Positions 41,680-53,224 are shown, numbered from the stretch's first letter. The stretch: DNA of 64,000 nucleotides from an uncultured delta proteobacterium (GCA_963769935.1 CAVYNY010000020.1:128001-192000), one strand, 5' to 3'. Made by a program: numbers and translations. Notes: a model not told the origin generated them from the letters alone.

Positions 41680-42399
41680 TTAATTACGGAAATGCATCAT
41701 GTAATTAACGTGCGTATTGCCGCCCATGGAGTAGCGCCGCAGAAACGGATTATAGTGCAGCCCGGTCAGATCCTGCAGCGCCAAACCGACCTGCCCGGCC
41801 CAGGCGTCAAGTTCGGACGGTTTGACGAATTTTTTGTAGCTGTGGGTTCCCCGCCGCACCAGCTTCAATATGTATTCGGCGCCGACAATGGCAAACAAAA
41901 ATGACTTGGGGTTGCGGTTTAAGGTGGCGAAAAAGACGTCGCCTCCCGGTTTTACCATTCGGCGGCAGGCAGCGACGACCGAAGCGGGGTCGGGAACATG
42001 CTCCAGCAGTTCCAGGCAGGTCACCACATCGAATTGCTCGGGATGTTCGGCGGAAAATGCTTCGGCGGTGGCCATCCGATAATCCACTTGCAAACCGGAT
42101 TCTTTCAGGTGTAATTTCGCCACCTCCAGCGGAGCCCGCCCGGCATCGATTCCGGTTACTTCCGCCTGCAGGGCAGCCATGGCCTCCGACAAAATTCCGC
42201 CGCCGCAGGCCACATCCAGAACCTTTTTACCTGACAGGCGCGCCCGGTTGTTGATATAGGCGACCCGCAGGACATTGATGTCGTGCAGCGGTTTTTGGAT
42301 GCCGCTTTTATCCCACCAGATCGGCGCCATGGCCTCGAACTTGGCAATTTCAGCGGCATCGATGTTGGCAATCATTTTGTCGGCAGATTCATCTTTCAT
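41680..42399 (-). CDS. ubiG: Ubiquinone O-methyltransferase UbiG
   Basis: [49 protein letters not shown]. Confidence 0.9.
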   Translation of the reverse strand: MKDESADKMIANIDAAEIAKFEAMAPIWWDKSGIQKPLHDINVLRVAYINNRARLSGKKVLDVACGGGILSEAMAALQAEVTGIDAGRAPLEVAKLHLKESGLQVDYRMATAEAFSAEHPEQFDVVTCLELLEHVPDPASVVAACRRMVKPGGDVFFATLNRNPKSFLFAIVGAEYILKLVRRGTHSYKKFVKPSELDAWAGQVGLALQDLTGLHYNPFLRRYSMGGNTHVNYMMHFRN

Positions 42400-42563
42400 A
42401 TTTTAAGCTCTCAAACTTTGCATAAGGTATTGCTAAAAATGGACCTTACAAGTGAGATCTATGGTCGTCAAGCCCGCAGGCGCTTAAAATATATTTAAAT
42501 GATTTAATTGAATAGATATTGACAGTAAGAAAATTTTTTGAAAACCTCCCTCTGGAAACAGGG

Positions 42564-42615
42564 AAACCCTGAACCCCGAACCCCGAACCCTGAATGCTGA
42601 ACCTGAACCTTTGAA
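42564..42615 (+). repeat. Degenerate 7-mer tandem repeat (gaacccc/gaaccct)
   Basis: aaaccct gaacccc gaacccc gaaccct gaatgct gaacct gaacc. Confidence 0.75.
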
Positions 42616-42666
42616 CATTATCAAAAAATCCGTATCCAAGAATAATATTAAATTAGGAGCGCAAAA

Positions 42667-43665
42667 ATGAATCTGGCCCAATTTCCCCGGCGACGTTATA
42701 CTGAAGGACAAACCCCGATTGAAAAACTGACCCGTCTCTCCGATGCCCTTGGCGGACCGACCCTGTATATGAAGCGGGACGATCTTCTGGGACTGGCCGG
42801 CGGCGGCAATAAAACCAGAAAACTGGAATTCCTGGTGGCCGATGCCCTGGTCCGGGGCGCCGACACGCTGATCACCTGTGGTGCGGTGCAGTCCAACCAC
42901 TGCCGTCTGACCCTGGCCGCCGCAGTCAAAGAAGGCTTGAAATGCCGACTGGTGCTGGAAGAACGGGTGCCCGGCAGCTACAACCCGGAAGCCGGCGGCA
43001 ATAATTTTCTCTATCGCCTGCTGGGCGTCGAGAAAGTCAAAGTGGTGCCGGGCGGCTCGGACATGGCCCGGGAAATGCAGCAGGTGGCCGACGAACTGGC
43101 CGCTGAAGGCCGCAAGGCTTATATTATCCCGGGCGGCGGCTCCAATCCCATCGGCGCCACGGGCTATGTGGCCTGCGCCGAAGAAATATTGGGGCAGCTA
43201 TTCGAGCAGGCCATAAGAATCGACCGCGTGGTATGCGCCAGCGGCAGCACCGGCACCCACGCCGGCCTGGTCACCGGATTCTATGGCAACAACAGCAACA
43301 TTCCGGTCATCGGCATCAATGTCAGCCGGAAAAAGCAGCAACAGGAAGAACTGGTCTACCGCCTGGTAAAGCAAACCGCCGCCCATGTGGGCATCGATGC
43401 AGTCATCCCGCAGGATGCCGTTTTGTGTTTCGACGAATATGTCGGACCGGGTTATTCCCGGCCCACACCGCAGATGGCCGAGGCGGTCCGCATGCTTGCC
43501 GGGCTGGAGGGCATATTGATGGATCCGGTTTACACCGGCAAGGCAATGGCCGGCCTGATCGATCTGGTGCGCAAGGGGTACTTTAAAAAAGAGGAGAATA
43601 TTCTCTTCGTTCACACCGGCGGTTCGCCCGCCTTGTATGTCTACATGAAGGATATACTCGACTGA
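42667..43665 (+). CDS. dcyD: D-cysteine desulfhydrase family (DcyD/CuyA-like)
   Basis: KRDDL.GL..GGNKTRKLE, GAVQSNH, PGGGSN, DPVYTGKAM, HTGG. Confidence 0.9.
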   Translation: MNLAQFPRRRYTEGQTPIEKLTRLSDALGGPTLYMKRDDLLGLAGGGNKTRKLEFLVADALVRGADTLITCGAVQSNHCRLTLAAAVKEGLKCRLVLEERVPGSYNPEAGGNNFLYRLLGVEKVKVVPGGSDMAREMQQVADELAAEGRKAYIIPGGGSNPIGATGYVACAEEILGQLFEQAIRIDRVVCASGSTGTHAGLVTGFYGNNSNIPVIGINVSRKKQQQEELVYRLVKQTAAHVGIDAVIPQDAVLCFDEYVGPGYSRPTPQMAEAVRMLAGLEGILMDPVYTGKAMAGLIDLVRKGYFKKEENILFVHTGGSPALYVYMKDILD

Positions 43666-43862
43666 TTCGGCTTCAAAACCATATTCGGAGCTATCGCGCA
43701 CCATACTGCTTTGGCCTTGCCCCGCATGTGGGTAACATCCGCTATCCCCAACTATACCAACTAACCTGGCAGCGTTCCAACAACGTAAAATAATTCATCT
43801 GTAAACTTGAAATCTCAAACTTAAGATTTGACATTTCAACGCTAAGACGTTATCAACAACAT

Positions 43863-45014
43863 ATGAACCTGATTGAAAGAAAGACGGACTTAGCACAGAT
43901 CCGCTCCTTATTGCGAATATTCCCGGTGGTTGCCATCCTGGGTAAGCGCCAGTGCGGTAAAACCACCATCGCCAAGGGTTTTGAATTCGATCATTATTTC
44001 GATCTCGAGAGTCCAAGAGACCTGGCGGCCCTGGACCAGCCGCAGTTGGCTCTGGAGGCCCTGGAGGGATTGATTGTTATCGATGAAATCCAGCGCAAAC
44101 CCAATCTCTTCCCTCTGCTCCGTCACCTGGTCGATAATTTGGCCACGCAGCGTTATCTGATCCTGGGCAGCGCGTCACGCGATTTGATTCGGCAGAGTTC
44201 CGAGACCCTGGCGGGAAGAATCGGGTATTTCAACCTGGGCGGGTTTCGTATCGCTGATGTCGGGTCAAACGAGATCGTTAAGCTTTGGCTCAGGGGCGGT
44301 CTGCCCAGGTCCTTTCTGGCCGCAAACGATGAAGAAAGCGCTGTCTGGAGAGAGAATTATATTGCGACTTTCCTGGAAAGGGACCTTCCCCAACTGGGCA
44401 TCTCAATTCCGGCCAACACCTTGAGACGGTTTTGGACCATGCTGGGGCATTACCACGGCCAAATTATCAACTATTCCGAGCTGGCCCGCAATTTCGGTAT
44501 TTCGGATATGACTGCCCGCAAATATATCGAGCTCCTCGAAGGCACGTTCATGCTCCGAGTACTTCAACCCTGGCACGTCAACATCGGCAAGCGTCTGGTG
44601 AAACGGCCTAAATTGTATTTTACGGATCCGGGCATTTTCCATTCTCTACTTGCAGTCGGCCGGAGAAAAGAGCTTTTGACGCACCCCAAATTAGGCGCTT
44701 CCTGGGAAGGCTTTGCTCTGGAGTGCGTGGTCCGCAGCATTGGAAAGCGAAACGAGGAAGTCTTCTTCTGGAGAACTCACAGCGGTGCCGAAGTCGATCT
44801 TTTCTGGCAGCACCAAGGCAAAAGCTGGGCAGTAGAATTCAAGTACATGGACGCACCCAGAAAATCGGCGGCGATGCAGTCGGCGCTGGAGGATCTCGGA
44901 CTGGCACACCTGTGGGTGGTCTACCCGGGATCTATAAGATACCGCCTTGCGGATAACATCACGGCCCTCCCGCTTTCAGACATGACCGATCCCTGGTCAT
45001 ACCCCAGGCTTTGA
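43863..45014 (+). CDS. AAA_14 plus DUF4143 ATP-binding protein
   Basis: GKRQCGKTT, IDEIQ, GSAS, ETLAGR, KRPKLYF.D.G, EVD..., VEFK. Confidence 0.88.
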   Translation: MNLIERKTDLAQIRSLLRIFPVVAILGKRQCGKTTIAKGFEFDHYFDLESPRDLAALDQPQLALEALEGLIVIDEIQRKPNLFPLLRHLVDNLATQRYLILGSASRDLIRQSSETLAGRIGYFNLGGFRIADVGSNEIVKLWLRGGLPRSFLAANDEESAVWRENYIATFLERDLPQLGISIPANTLRRFWTMLGHYHGQIINYSELARNFGISDMTARKYIELLEGTFMLRVLQPWHVNIGKRLVKRPKLYFTDPGIFHSLLAVGRRKELLTHPKLGASWEGFALECVVRSIGKRNEEVFFWRTHSGAEVDLFWQHQGKSWAVEFKYMDAPRKSAAMQSALEDLGLAHLWVVYPGSIRYRLADNITALPLSDMTDPWSYPRL

Positions 45015-45151
45015 AAGGCCCAAGTGCAACCCACCTGCTCGTCGGCTGGTCATCTGTAAATATCAACCTGTCAGAGAGGAAGGCTGTCTAATTTTTTTCT
45101 GATGCCAAGATAGTGAAAGACGCAGATTTGTCTAACCCTTTAAACTCTGGT

Positions 45152-45898
45152 TTAACAGAAGAGAAATAAATCGAAATCCGCAAACTCCCATAAGAACTCT
45201 TCAATATGGGCGATTTCATCCATGCCTTCAGCCAGCACGCCGTCCAGTCCCACCTGAAACGGGATGTGGCCGGTAGTATAAAAGTAAAGCTTTTTGGCGG
45301 TCGTCAGGATGGTTTGAAACTCCTCCCTGCTGACAAAGGAATAGATTTTGATGAAGTCGAAGCCCTGGTATTTTTGCCTGATCACGATATTGGCGGGATC
45401 TTCGCTAAAATGTCCGCGCAGCAGGGGCCCACAGGTCAGAATACTGGGGCCGTCGAGCAGCCCGGCATCGATTTGTTTTCGCCATTGGAGCCCGTAGCGG
45501 CCGGTTTTTCCATCAGGACCGAAACAGCGAATCGTGGTTACGCCGGTGGCAAGATACAGCTTCAGAGGGGACACCGGCCAGGCATTGCTCATCCAGTCGT
45601 ATCGCAGATGCATATGCATGTCGGCCAGACCCGGCATCAGGTAGGTGTCCCGGCAGTCGATCACTTTTACATTTGGCGGGATCTCGGTTTGGTTCGCAGG
45701 CCCCACGAAGGAGATTTGTCTACCATTGACGACCACGGTCTGATCGGGCAGAACGGCCTCTGTTGTCATTGGGATAAGGTTGGCATGCGTGAATACGATG
45801 GGAGGTTTTTCCAAAGCCGAGGCGCCTGCGGACAGCTGAATCCAGAACAGACAAACGCCGAAAACTGATAGAAGGGGCAGAAGACGTCTGTACTTCAT
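45152..45898 (-). pseudogene. Amidohydrolase family protein, 3'-truncated
   Basis: LMPGLADMHMH, GVTTIR, FIKIY, GH, IAH; ends at ~250 aa without the C-terminal half of the barrel. Confidence 0.7.
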
Positions 45899-46147
45899 GG
45901 CAGACTGCTCCTTTCTTACTATCACCGAGTCATCGCGGGTTGGGAAGTTTAGGTAGCTGGCATCATCTCTGCCGGATCATTTCATCGGGTGAAACGATCA
46001 GGCAAGGTCTTGTCTTCTTAAATTCCGCAGTGCATACATTCTGGATACATAGTTGCAGACTGTCAATAAAATCTTGATTTCCTTTTATGTCGCATGGCAT
46101 AAGGAAATTCAATTTTAAACACAACACGATTCTGAAAGGGACCGAAT

Positions 46148-48169
46148 ATGTGGAAACGCGCGGTCTGCACCAAGGATTGTCCCGATACCTGCGGTTTGTT
46201 GGTCAAGGTCGAGGACGGACGTATCGCAGCCGTCAAAGGGGATCCGGATCATCCCTTCACCGGCGGCTTTATCTGCCAAAAAGCCCGCTACTTTCCAGAG
46301 CATGTCCACTCGCCCAAACGCATCACCGCCCCGCTCAGGCGGATAGGGCCCAAGGGCGCCGGCCAATTCGAACCGATCGATTGGGACGAGGCGTTGGATG
46401 AAGTGGCCTCCCGCATGAAGTCCGTATGCGCCGAGTTCGGGCCGGAGGCAATCCTGCCGTACTCGTACGCCGGCCACATGGGCCTCGTCCACCGCAACGC
46501 CGGCCATGCTTTTTTCAACCGGCTGGGGGCCAGCCGTCTGAACTACACCATCTGCGGACCTGCGGCCCAGGCCGGATTTGAAGTTAGTTTAGGCAGGGGA
46601 CCCAGCACCGAGATCGAATCGGCCGCCCGGTCGGACTATATTATTATTTGGGGCAGCAACACCATGACGACCAACATTCATGCCTGGCCCCATTTCAATA
46701 CGGCCCGGAAGGCCGGAGCCACACTTGTCGTTATTGACCCCTATCGAAATCGAACGGCCCGACGGGTCGATATGCACCTGATGATCAAACCGGGCACGGA
46801 TGCCGCGCTGGCGCTGGCCATGATGCACGTTCTGATCGAGCGCGATATGATCGACCATGACTTTATTGCCCGGAAGACTGTGGGCTTTGAGAAATTGAAG
46901 GCCAGGGTCGCTGAGTACACCTCGGCCCGGACGGCCGATATCTGCGGCTTGTCCGAGGACATGATAGTCCGACTGGCCGAAGGTTATGGCCGTGCCAGGG
47001 CGCCCTACATCCGAACCGGGTGGGGGCCGGCACGCCAGCTTAAGGGGGCCATGGCGATGCGCACCATCGCCTTGTTGCCGGCCTTAGTCGGCGCTTTTGA
47101 TAAACCGGGCGGAGGGATTACCCGCGGTTTGGGCGGTGCACCCTCCGACTTGAGCCGATTGACTCGACCGGATCTGCGCCCTCCCGGCACCCGGACGGTC
47201 AACATGGTCCAACTGGGCAACGCTCTGACCAGACTGGATGATCCGCCGGTCAAACTGCTGTACGTTTATCTTTCCAACCCAGCCGTGGTTGCGCCGCAAT
47301 CGCGTGAGGTACTGGCCGGATTGGCCCGCCAAGACCTGTTCCTGGTTGTGCAGGAAATGTTTCCGACCGACACCACCCGCTACGCGGATATCGTTCTGCC
47401 GGGCGCCGGCTTTTTAGAAGTTACCGATATTTACCGGGCTTACGGCCACAATTACATCCAAATGGCCCGGCCGGTCATTCCGCCGGTGGGACAAAGCCGG
47501 TCCACGCTGGCCATCTTCCAGGATCTTGCGGCCAGACTCGGTTTCCAAGACGACGTGTTTTCCTTGGACGAGATGGACTTCATTGAAGGATTTTTAGGCG
47601 AAGACTCGCCCTATCTGGAAGGAGTCGATTTTGCGGCGCTGAAAGCCGGCCGGCCGGTGCGGCTGAACATACCGTCCAATCCATATGCCAATGGATTCTC
47701 CACGCCGTCAGGCAAGGTGGAATTCTACTCGCAGGCCATGGCCGAGCGAGGCCTCGATCCCCTTCCCGACGGGCAGCCGCTAAGGGATCCCGACGGCGGG
47801 CGCAGATACAGTCTGGAGTTTATCACTCCGCCCCATCATTTCTTCCTCAATTCCGCCTTCAACGAGATAGATGAACTCAGGGGAAGGGCCGGCGAGGCCA
47901 AGGTGATGATCCATCCTGAAACCGCCCGTGCCAGGGGCATAACCGACGGCGACCGGGTCAGAGTGTTCAACGACCGTGGCGAGTGCAGCTGTAAGGCACA
48001 GGTAACCGATGACACCCAGCCCGGTCTTTTAGTGGCCGAAGGCCTCCACTGGCCCAGCCTCTCGCCCGGCGGCGGGGCCAACCAACTGACCAGCCAGAGA
48101 CTGACCGACATGGGTGAGACCTGTGCCTTCCATTGCAGCTTGGTAGAGGTTCAACTGCAAGGCAGCTAA
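46148..48169 (+). CDS. Molybdopterin oxidoreductase (stand-alone, YoaE/YyaE-like)
   Basis: CTKDCPDTC...ICQK Fe-S motif, TICG, WGSN, PGTDAALA, TPSGKVEF; no Tat signal. Confidence 0.9.
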   Translation: MWKRAVCTKDCPDTCGLLVKVEDGRIAAVKGDPDHPFTGGFICQKARYFPEHVHSPKRITAPLRRIGPKGAGQFEPIDWDEALDEVASRMKSVCAEFGPEAILPYSYAGHMGLVHRNAGHAFFNRLGASRLNYTICGPAAQAGFEVSLGRGPSTEIESAARSDYIIIWGSNTMTTNIHAWPHFNTARKAGATLVVIDPYRNRTARRVDMHLMIKPGTDAALALAMMHVLIERDMIDHDFIARKTVGFEKLKARVAEYTSARTADICGLSEDMIVRLAEGYGRARAPYIRTGWGPARQLKGAMAMRTIALLPALVGAFDKPGGGITRGLGGAPSDLSRLTRPDLRPPGTRTVNMVQLGNALTRLDDPPVKLLYVYLSNPAVVAPQSREVLAGLARQDLFLVVQEMFPTDTTRYADIVLPGAGFLEVTDIYRAYGHNYIQMARPVIPPVGQSRSTLAIFQDLAARLGFQDDVFSLDEMDFIEGFLGEDSPYLEGVDFAALKAGRPVRLNIPSNPYANGFSTPSGKVEFYSQAMAERGLDPLPDGQPLRDPDGGRRYSLEFITPPHHFFLNSAFNEIDELRGRAGEAKVMIHPETARARGITDGDRVRVFNDRGECSCKAQVTDDTQPGLLVAEGLHWPSLSPGGGANQLTSQRLTDMGETCAFHCSLVEVQLQGS

Positions 48170-48314
48170 AAAAATTTGCTTTTTCAAGAAGATGCCGGTT
48201 CATTCGCCTTCGCCAGGATACTCTGCAGCTTGCTGCGGGGAGCTTCATTATTTATAGCCAACATCGAAAAAATCAAATATACTTATAGTCTCCTGAGATT
48301 TTTGCACCAATTAA

Positions 48315-48670
48315 TCAGAATGCCGCGAAAGCGGGTGTAAATGTCGTCGGCGTAGCGGTTGAGGGAGCCGCCAGGATGAACGAAGCGGACAACGCCATGG
48401 CGACGACCACCAGCCAACGCGAATCGACTTTGCCTCCAGCGGCAGCCATGGCGCAGACGATGAGCCCGAACTCGCTGAAGTTGGCGAGATTCGCCGTAGT
48501 GAGAAAAGAGTTCCTGGCGTTCAGCCTGAAGCGGGAAAACACGAGGATGTAGAGAAGCATTTTTATCGGCAGTGCCAAGACGAGGATAGCAGCTGCGAAG
48601 AGCCCGGATGCTCCGGGCAGGCCCATCATTCCGATTTTAAGAAAAAAACCAACCATCAAAAGCTCCTCGA
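48315..48670 (-). pseudogene. Internal fragment of a cation:proton antiporter (Kef-like)
   Basis: ELLMVGFFLKIG, LANFSEFGLIV, ALSASFILAAP; no intact ends. Confidence 0.7.
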
Positions 48671-48775
48671 TGTACATCAAGGCAGCAACCAATTCCAATG
48701 GTGATAATTGCAGCGGCTATATACATTGTATATGGGTACCATTTGATGAAATTATCAGTGCGTTCTTTTAAGGGT

Positions 48776-49843
48776 TCACTTGGCCGGTTGCAGTTGACCG
48801 CTGTCGATCATCTGTTGAAAAAAGTCGACCACTGAGTCTTTCATCGGGCGGTATTGCATGCCCAAATCTCGCACACCCTTACTGTTGTCGCCCATCCAGG
48901 GCAGGTTCACATTGCGGGAAACCCACTTTCGCGTCATTGCCTTGTTGACCATCGGTGCAACCAGCCATACCAGCCACTTGGGCATCACCTTGCGCGGTAT
49001 CGGATAGTCATTTCCGAACCTGTCGCGAAGCGCTTCGGCCATACTGGAAAAATCTGTATTATGCCCCGAGATAATGTAGCGGCCCTGGGCTTCCGGAGTG
49101 AAAGCCGCCTTGCAGTGTGCATCTGCCAGGTCGCGGACATCGACCACGCCAAACCCTACCCGCGGAGCACCGGACTTCATGGATCCGTCACCGAACTGCT
49201 TTATAATCTTGAAACTTTCAGAGGTTGCATATGGATTAAGGCCGGGTCCGATGACGAACGAGGGGTTAATCGCAACCAAATCCCAGTGTGTTTGCTTTTC
49301 GCTAATCTTCCAGGCTTCCTTTTCGGCCACAGTTTTCGAATATGAATAGGGTTGATGGTCGAGTGATGAGCTCGTATTCCACAGCGCTTCAGTAAAAATT
49401 CCATTCGGTGTCTTTTTCAGGTCGGCATTGTCGCCGTAAATGGCCGCACAACTGCTGGTCAGGACCACTCTTTTCACCGAAGGAGTCCGATTCACTTCTT
49501 CCAAGACATTTCGGGTACCCAATTGTGCCGGATCGACGAGTTCCTTCTGCGGATCAACCACATCGATCTTGAACGGAGATGCCGTGTGGAAGACGATCCG
49601 GCATCCGGCCATGGCTTCCGCATATGAGCCTTGATCAAGCAGGCCTGCCTTGAAGTATACGATCTTGCCCGGCGCTTCCTCAGCGATACGGTCCAGGTAC
49701 TTCAGCTTTTCCGGGTTGTGAGGATCTCGGACCGGAGCATGGACAGTCAGCCCCTCATTGAGCAGTTTTTTGACGACCCACCCTGCAACATACCCGGTGG
49801 CACCCGTAATCATCACCGGCATTTTTTTGTCTATCTTCATCAT
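48776..49843 (-). CDS. NAD-dependent epimerase/aldehyde reductase (extended SDR)
   Basis: TGATGYVA, FHTASP, TSSCAA, YSYSK. Confidence 0.9.
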   Translation of the reverse strand: MMKIDKKMPVMITGATGYVAGWVVKKLLNEGLTVHAPVRDPHNPEKLKYLDRIAEEAPGKIVYFKAGLLDQGSYAEAMAGCRIVFHTASPFKIDVVDPQKELVDPAQLGTRNVLEEVNRTPSVKRVVLTSSCAAIYGDNADLKKTPNGIFTEALWNTSSSLDHQPYSYSKTVAEKEAWKISEKQTHWDLVAINPSFVIGPGLNPYATSESFKIIKQFGDGSMKSGAPRVGFGVVDVRDLADAHCKAAFTPEAQGRYIISGHNTDFSSMAEALRDRFGNDYPIPRKVMPKWLVWLVAPMVNKAMTRKWVSRNVNLPWMGDNSKGVRDLGMQYRPMKDSVVDFFQQMIDSGQLQPAK

Positions 49844-50150
49844 GTGAACTTCCCTCCCTGACGCTTCCTTATATCCAATCCGACTCGTTGTTATCTGGAA
49901 ACAATTTAAGCAACCCAAAGAAAAACGCAATAGCGTATCGCGCCAAGCAACAAACAAAACACGCCAACATGCGATATTTTTCCCGCAAGCCGATGTGGCG
50001 CATTTTGCATATTGGAGTTACACTTCTTATCGGCGGGCTTTGGGATTAAATTCGATTGATGCAGGAGAAGCGATCCTTATTTTATCGTTATAGACCTTTC
50101 TGTCGATATCCAGAAAGACAGATTTGGGGAGTATGTTCGAAAATATACTC

Positions 50151-50339
50151 TTACATCATCTTGGGGGTGATTAATTGGACCGTCGGAAAATGTGTACGAT
50201 ATCTTGAAGGATCGCGTGTGAGTAAGTCAATTTTTAAGATAGCGGCTTGTGCACCGATATAAAAGTCGGGTAGTTGAGATCGTTTCGTGCCTTTGTTTTT
50301 TCGATATGCTAAAAAAGCTTTTCCCACCAGAAAATTCAT
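50151..50339 (-). pseudogene. C-terminal remnant of a PIN/VapC toxin
   Basis: GKAFLAYRK..G.KRS.LPDFYIGAQA...LLTRD..RYRTHFP; N-terminal half absent. Confidence 0.75.
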
Positions 50340-51874
50340 AATTGATAAATACCGGCAAGACTTTCAAAGGTATCTTTTAATTGATGATAAAGATTGCTGT
50401 AAATCGGGTATAACTTTTGATAGATTTTGGCGTTTTTTTCATTCGGCAGCGTTCTTTTTTCGGTTTTGATAAGCTGAACGGCTTCTTCGACCGTCTGCCA
50501 GACGCCCACGCCCGCGCCGGCCACCAATGCAGCACCGAAGGCGCCGCCTTCCGCGCTGCCGCTGACGGTAATCACTTCGCTGTTAAATACATCGGCATGA
50601 ATCTGGCGCCAGAAGTCGCTGAGCGCGCCGCCGCCTGAAGTCCGAATCTGGCCGATTTCCATGCCCATCTCCTCGATCAGCCGCGTCACGTCTTTCAGGC
50701 TGAAAACGACGCCTTCGAGCACGCTGCGCAATATGCTGCGACGATCGTGGCGCAGGGTAAGGCCGATAAATCCGCCACGCGCCTTGGGATCCGGATGCGG
50801 GCATCTTTCACCGATCAAATAAGGCAGAAAAAGCAGTCCTTCACATCCGGCCTCGGCCAGTTCAGCCTCCGCCGTATAGAGTTCGTAAACATCTTTGCCC
50901 AGCCAGCGGGCCGCTTCGTTTTCGGCGCCGCCCAGCATGTCGCGCACCCAGCGCAAAGACCCGCCGGCTGCCAGCGTGACCCCCATGGTGTGCCATTTAT
51001 CCGGCATGTTGTTGCAGAATACCTGCAGTTTGCCCTGCGGATTGTCATAGCATCGATCGAGCGCCATGGCGACATTGCCGGCCGTTCCAATGGTGGTTCC
51101 CAATATTCCGGGCTTGACCAGACCGGTGCCGGTGGTTTGCGCCACGGCATCGCCGCCCCCGCCGGCAATCGGAAGTCCGGCCGGCAGCCCGAGTTCACCG
51201 GCGATATCTTTCAGCAGAAAGCCGCTGATTTCAGGCGACTCATAGCAGGCCGGCAGCAGATCTTTGGAGATATTCAACAGCTCCAGCAAAGCCAAAGACC
51301 ACTGGCGTTCCCGCACGTTAAACAGCCCCGTACCGGAAGCATCCGATACTTCGGTGGCATATTCTCCGGTCAGCCGGTAGCGGATGTAGTCTTTTGGATT
51401 TAATATCGCGCGGGTCTTTTCGTAGGTGTCCGGCTCGTTTTCCCGCAGCCATAGAATCTTGCCCCCGGTATACCCCGGCAGCATCTGGTTGTTTGTGAGC
51501 TTCAGCAGGCCGTCGATCCCGCCGGCCAACGCATGAATTTTGCGGCACTGTTCGCCGGTACGCTGATCGTTCCAGAGAATCGCGCGGCGCAGGACGCTGC
51601 CCTTTGCATCAAGGGCCACCAATCCATGCATCTGACCGCTTAACCCGACGGCCTTGATGGCGTCGACAGGCTGAAACCCGTTCAAGACTTTTTTTAAAGT
51701 CGATAAGACGGCCTGCCACCAGTGCTCGGGATCCTGTTCCGACCAGCCGGGCCGCGGTGTAAACAAGGGATACTCTTCAACCGCACGTCTGACCACCTCG
51801 CCTGCATGATCGATAATGAGGGTTTTACATCCCGAAGTCCCGATATCGATGCCGATGATGTATTGTTTGGACAT
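50336..51874 (-). CDS. xylB: Xylulokinase (FGGY family)
   Basis: GIDIGTSG, SEQDP, SGQMHG, ILWND.R, SDASGT, PYL.GER.P, GGGA. Confidence 0.88.
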   Translation of the reverse strand: MSKQYIIGIDIGTSGCKTLIIDHAGEVVRRAVEEYPLFTPRPGWSEQDPEHWWQAVLSTLKKVLNGFQPVDAIKAVGLSGQMHGLVALDAKGSVLRRAILWNDQRTGEQCRKIHALAGGIDGLLKLTNNQMLPGYTGGKILWLRENEPDTYEKTRAILNPKDYIRYRLTGEYATEVSDASGTGLFNVRERQWSLALLELLNISKDLLPACYESPEISGFLLKDIAGELGLPAGLPIAGGGGDAVAQTTGTGLVKPGILGTTIGTAGNVAMALDRCYDNPQGKLQVFCNNMPDKWHTMGVTLAAGGSLRWVRDMLGGAENEAARWLGKDVYELYTAEAELAEAGCEGLLFLPYLIGERCPHPDPKARGGFIGLTLRHDRRSILRSVLEGVVFSLKDVTRLIEEMGMEIGQIRTSGGGALSDFWRQIHADVFNSEVITVSGSAEGGAFGAALVAGAGVGVWQTVEEAVQLIKTEKRTLPNEKNAKIYQKLYPIYSNLYHQLKDTFESLAGIYQL

Positions 51875-52327
51875 GGCAGAATCCTCTACAGACAATCATT
51901 CTCCGAGTAAATTTTAAATAATCGCCGGCTGAAAATTGTTGATTCACAACTCAAAGATCTAATAATTTCCTTCCCAGACCATGTCAATCTTAATTTTGAT
52001 CACCTCATAATCATCACCGGCCATTGGACTTAGTCGGTTCCGGATTTTATTCGCAGTGCATTACTGAATATCCAGCATCCAGAATCCTGCTACTGGCTTG
52101 TACGCTATGGCCTTTGCTCTTTGCCCTCTTCTATGCGCCCTGCCCTATGCGCACTTCCACGCACCCCGTAACGCGCAACCCGTTTTCGGTTTGACAATTC
52201 CAACAAAAAATCCTATTTACCGGCTTTAGTTCGTGGGGGGACCCGGTCTTTCCATTTTCAATTCAACTTTCAACCTGCCGTCACTTTTCTCACTGTTTAT
52301 TTAACCGCATAAATAAAGGAGGAAGAA

Positions 52328-53224
52328 ATGAAAAAATTATGTTTTTTGGGATTGGTATTTATAGTGGCAATAGCCCTGCTGGCCGGACCGGTTCTGGCAG
52401 ATCAAACCATGGATCAAATCGAAAAAACCGGCAAGATCAGGCTGGGTTTCCGGGAGGGGTCCATCCCCTTTGCGTATGTCGACCCGAAAGTCGGCAAACA
52501 CGTCGGGTTTTCAGTGGACATGGCCGGCGAACTGGCCAAGTATCTGGGTATGCGCTTCGGCAAGACCATTGAAATCGTGCCGTTTACCGTTACCCCAAAA
52601 ACCCGCATCCCCATGGTGGTCAACGGCACCATCGACGTTGAGATGGGGTCGACCACCTACACCCAGAAACGCGAAGAACAGGCCGATTTCAGTTTGATCT
52701 TCTTCTTCTCGGAAACAACCTTTTTGGTGGCTAAAGACAGCGGCGTCCAAACGCTGCAGGACCTGAACGGCAAACGGGTCGGCGCAGCCCGGGGCACCAC
52801 CAATCTCATGGCAGTCCAAAAACTGGCCGAGGAGGGCAAGTTTAAGCCGGCCGATATCGTCGTCACCGAAACCCATCCCCAGGGCATGCTGGCCTTAAAA
52901 AGCGGCAAGATCGACGCCTATTCCACCGATCGCAGCCTGCTGGAGGGATTGCGCATGAAAGACCAGAATCCGGAAAAATGGATGACGGTCCCCTTTGCCA
53001 TTGCTTATGAGCCTTATGCATATATCATGCGCGAAAACGATTCGGATTTCCGCGATTTCGTGAACAACACCATCCTGTGGTCCATTCATAACGGCAAATT
53101 CTTTGAATTGTACGACAAGTGGATGGGGCCCAACGGGGTGGTTCCCATTCCTATGTCGGACGCCTACAAACAATACCTTGAAATGATCGTCTATCCGATC
53201 GAGGACGGGTGGTGGAAGAAGTAG
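52328..53224 (+). CDS. Polar amino acid ABC substrate-binding protein (GltI-like)
   Basis: Signal peptide; GFREGSIPFAY, TRIPMV.NG.ID.E.GSTT, GTT. Confidence 0.9.
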   Translation: MKKLCFLGLVFIVAIALLAGPVLADQTMDQIEKTGKIRLGFREGSIPFAYVDPKVGKHVGFSVDMAGELAKYLGMRFGKTIEIVPFTVTPKTRIPMVVNGTIDVEMGSTTYTQKREEQADFSLIFFFSETTFLVAKDSGVQTLQDLNGKRVGAARGTTNLMAVQKLAEEGKFKPADIVVTETHPQGMLALKSGKIDAYSTDRSLLEGLRMKDQNPEKWMTVPFAIAYEPYAYIMRENDSDFRDFVNNTILWSIHNGKFFELYDKWMGPNGVVPIPMSDAYKQYLEMIVYPIEDGWWKK

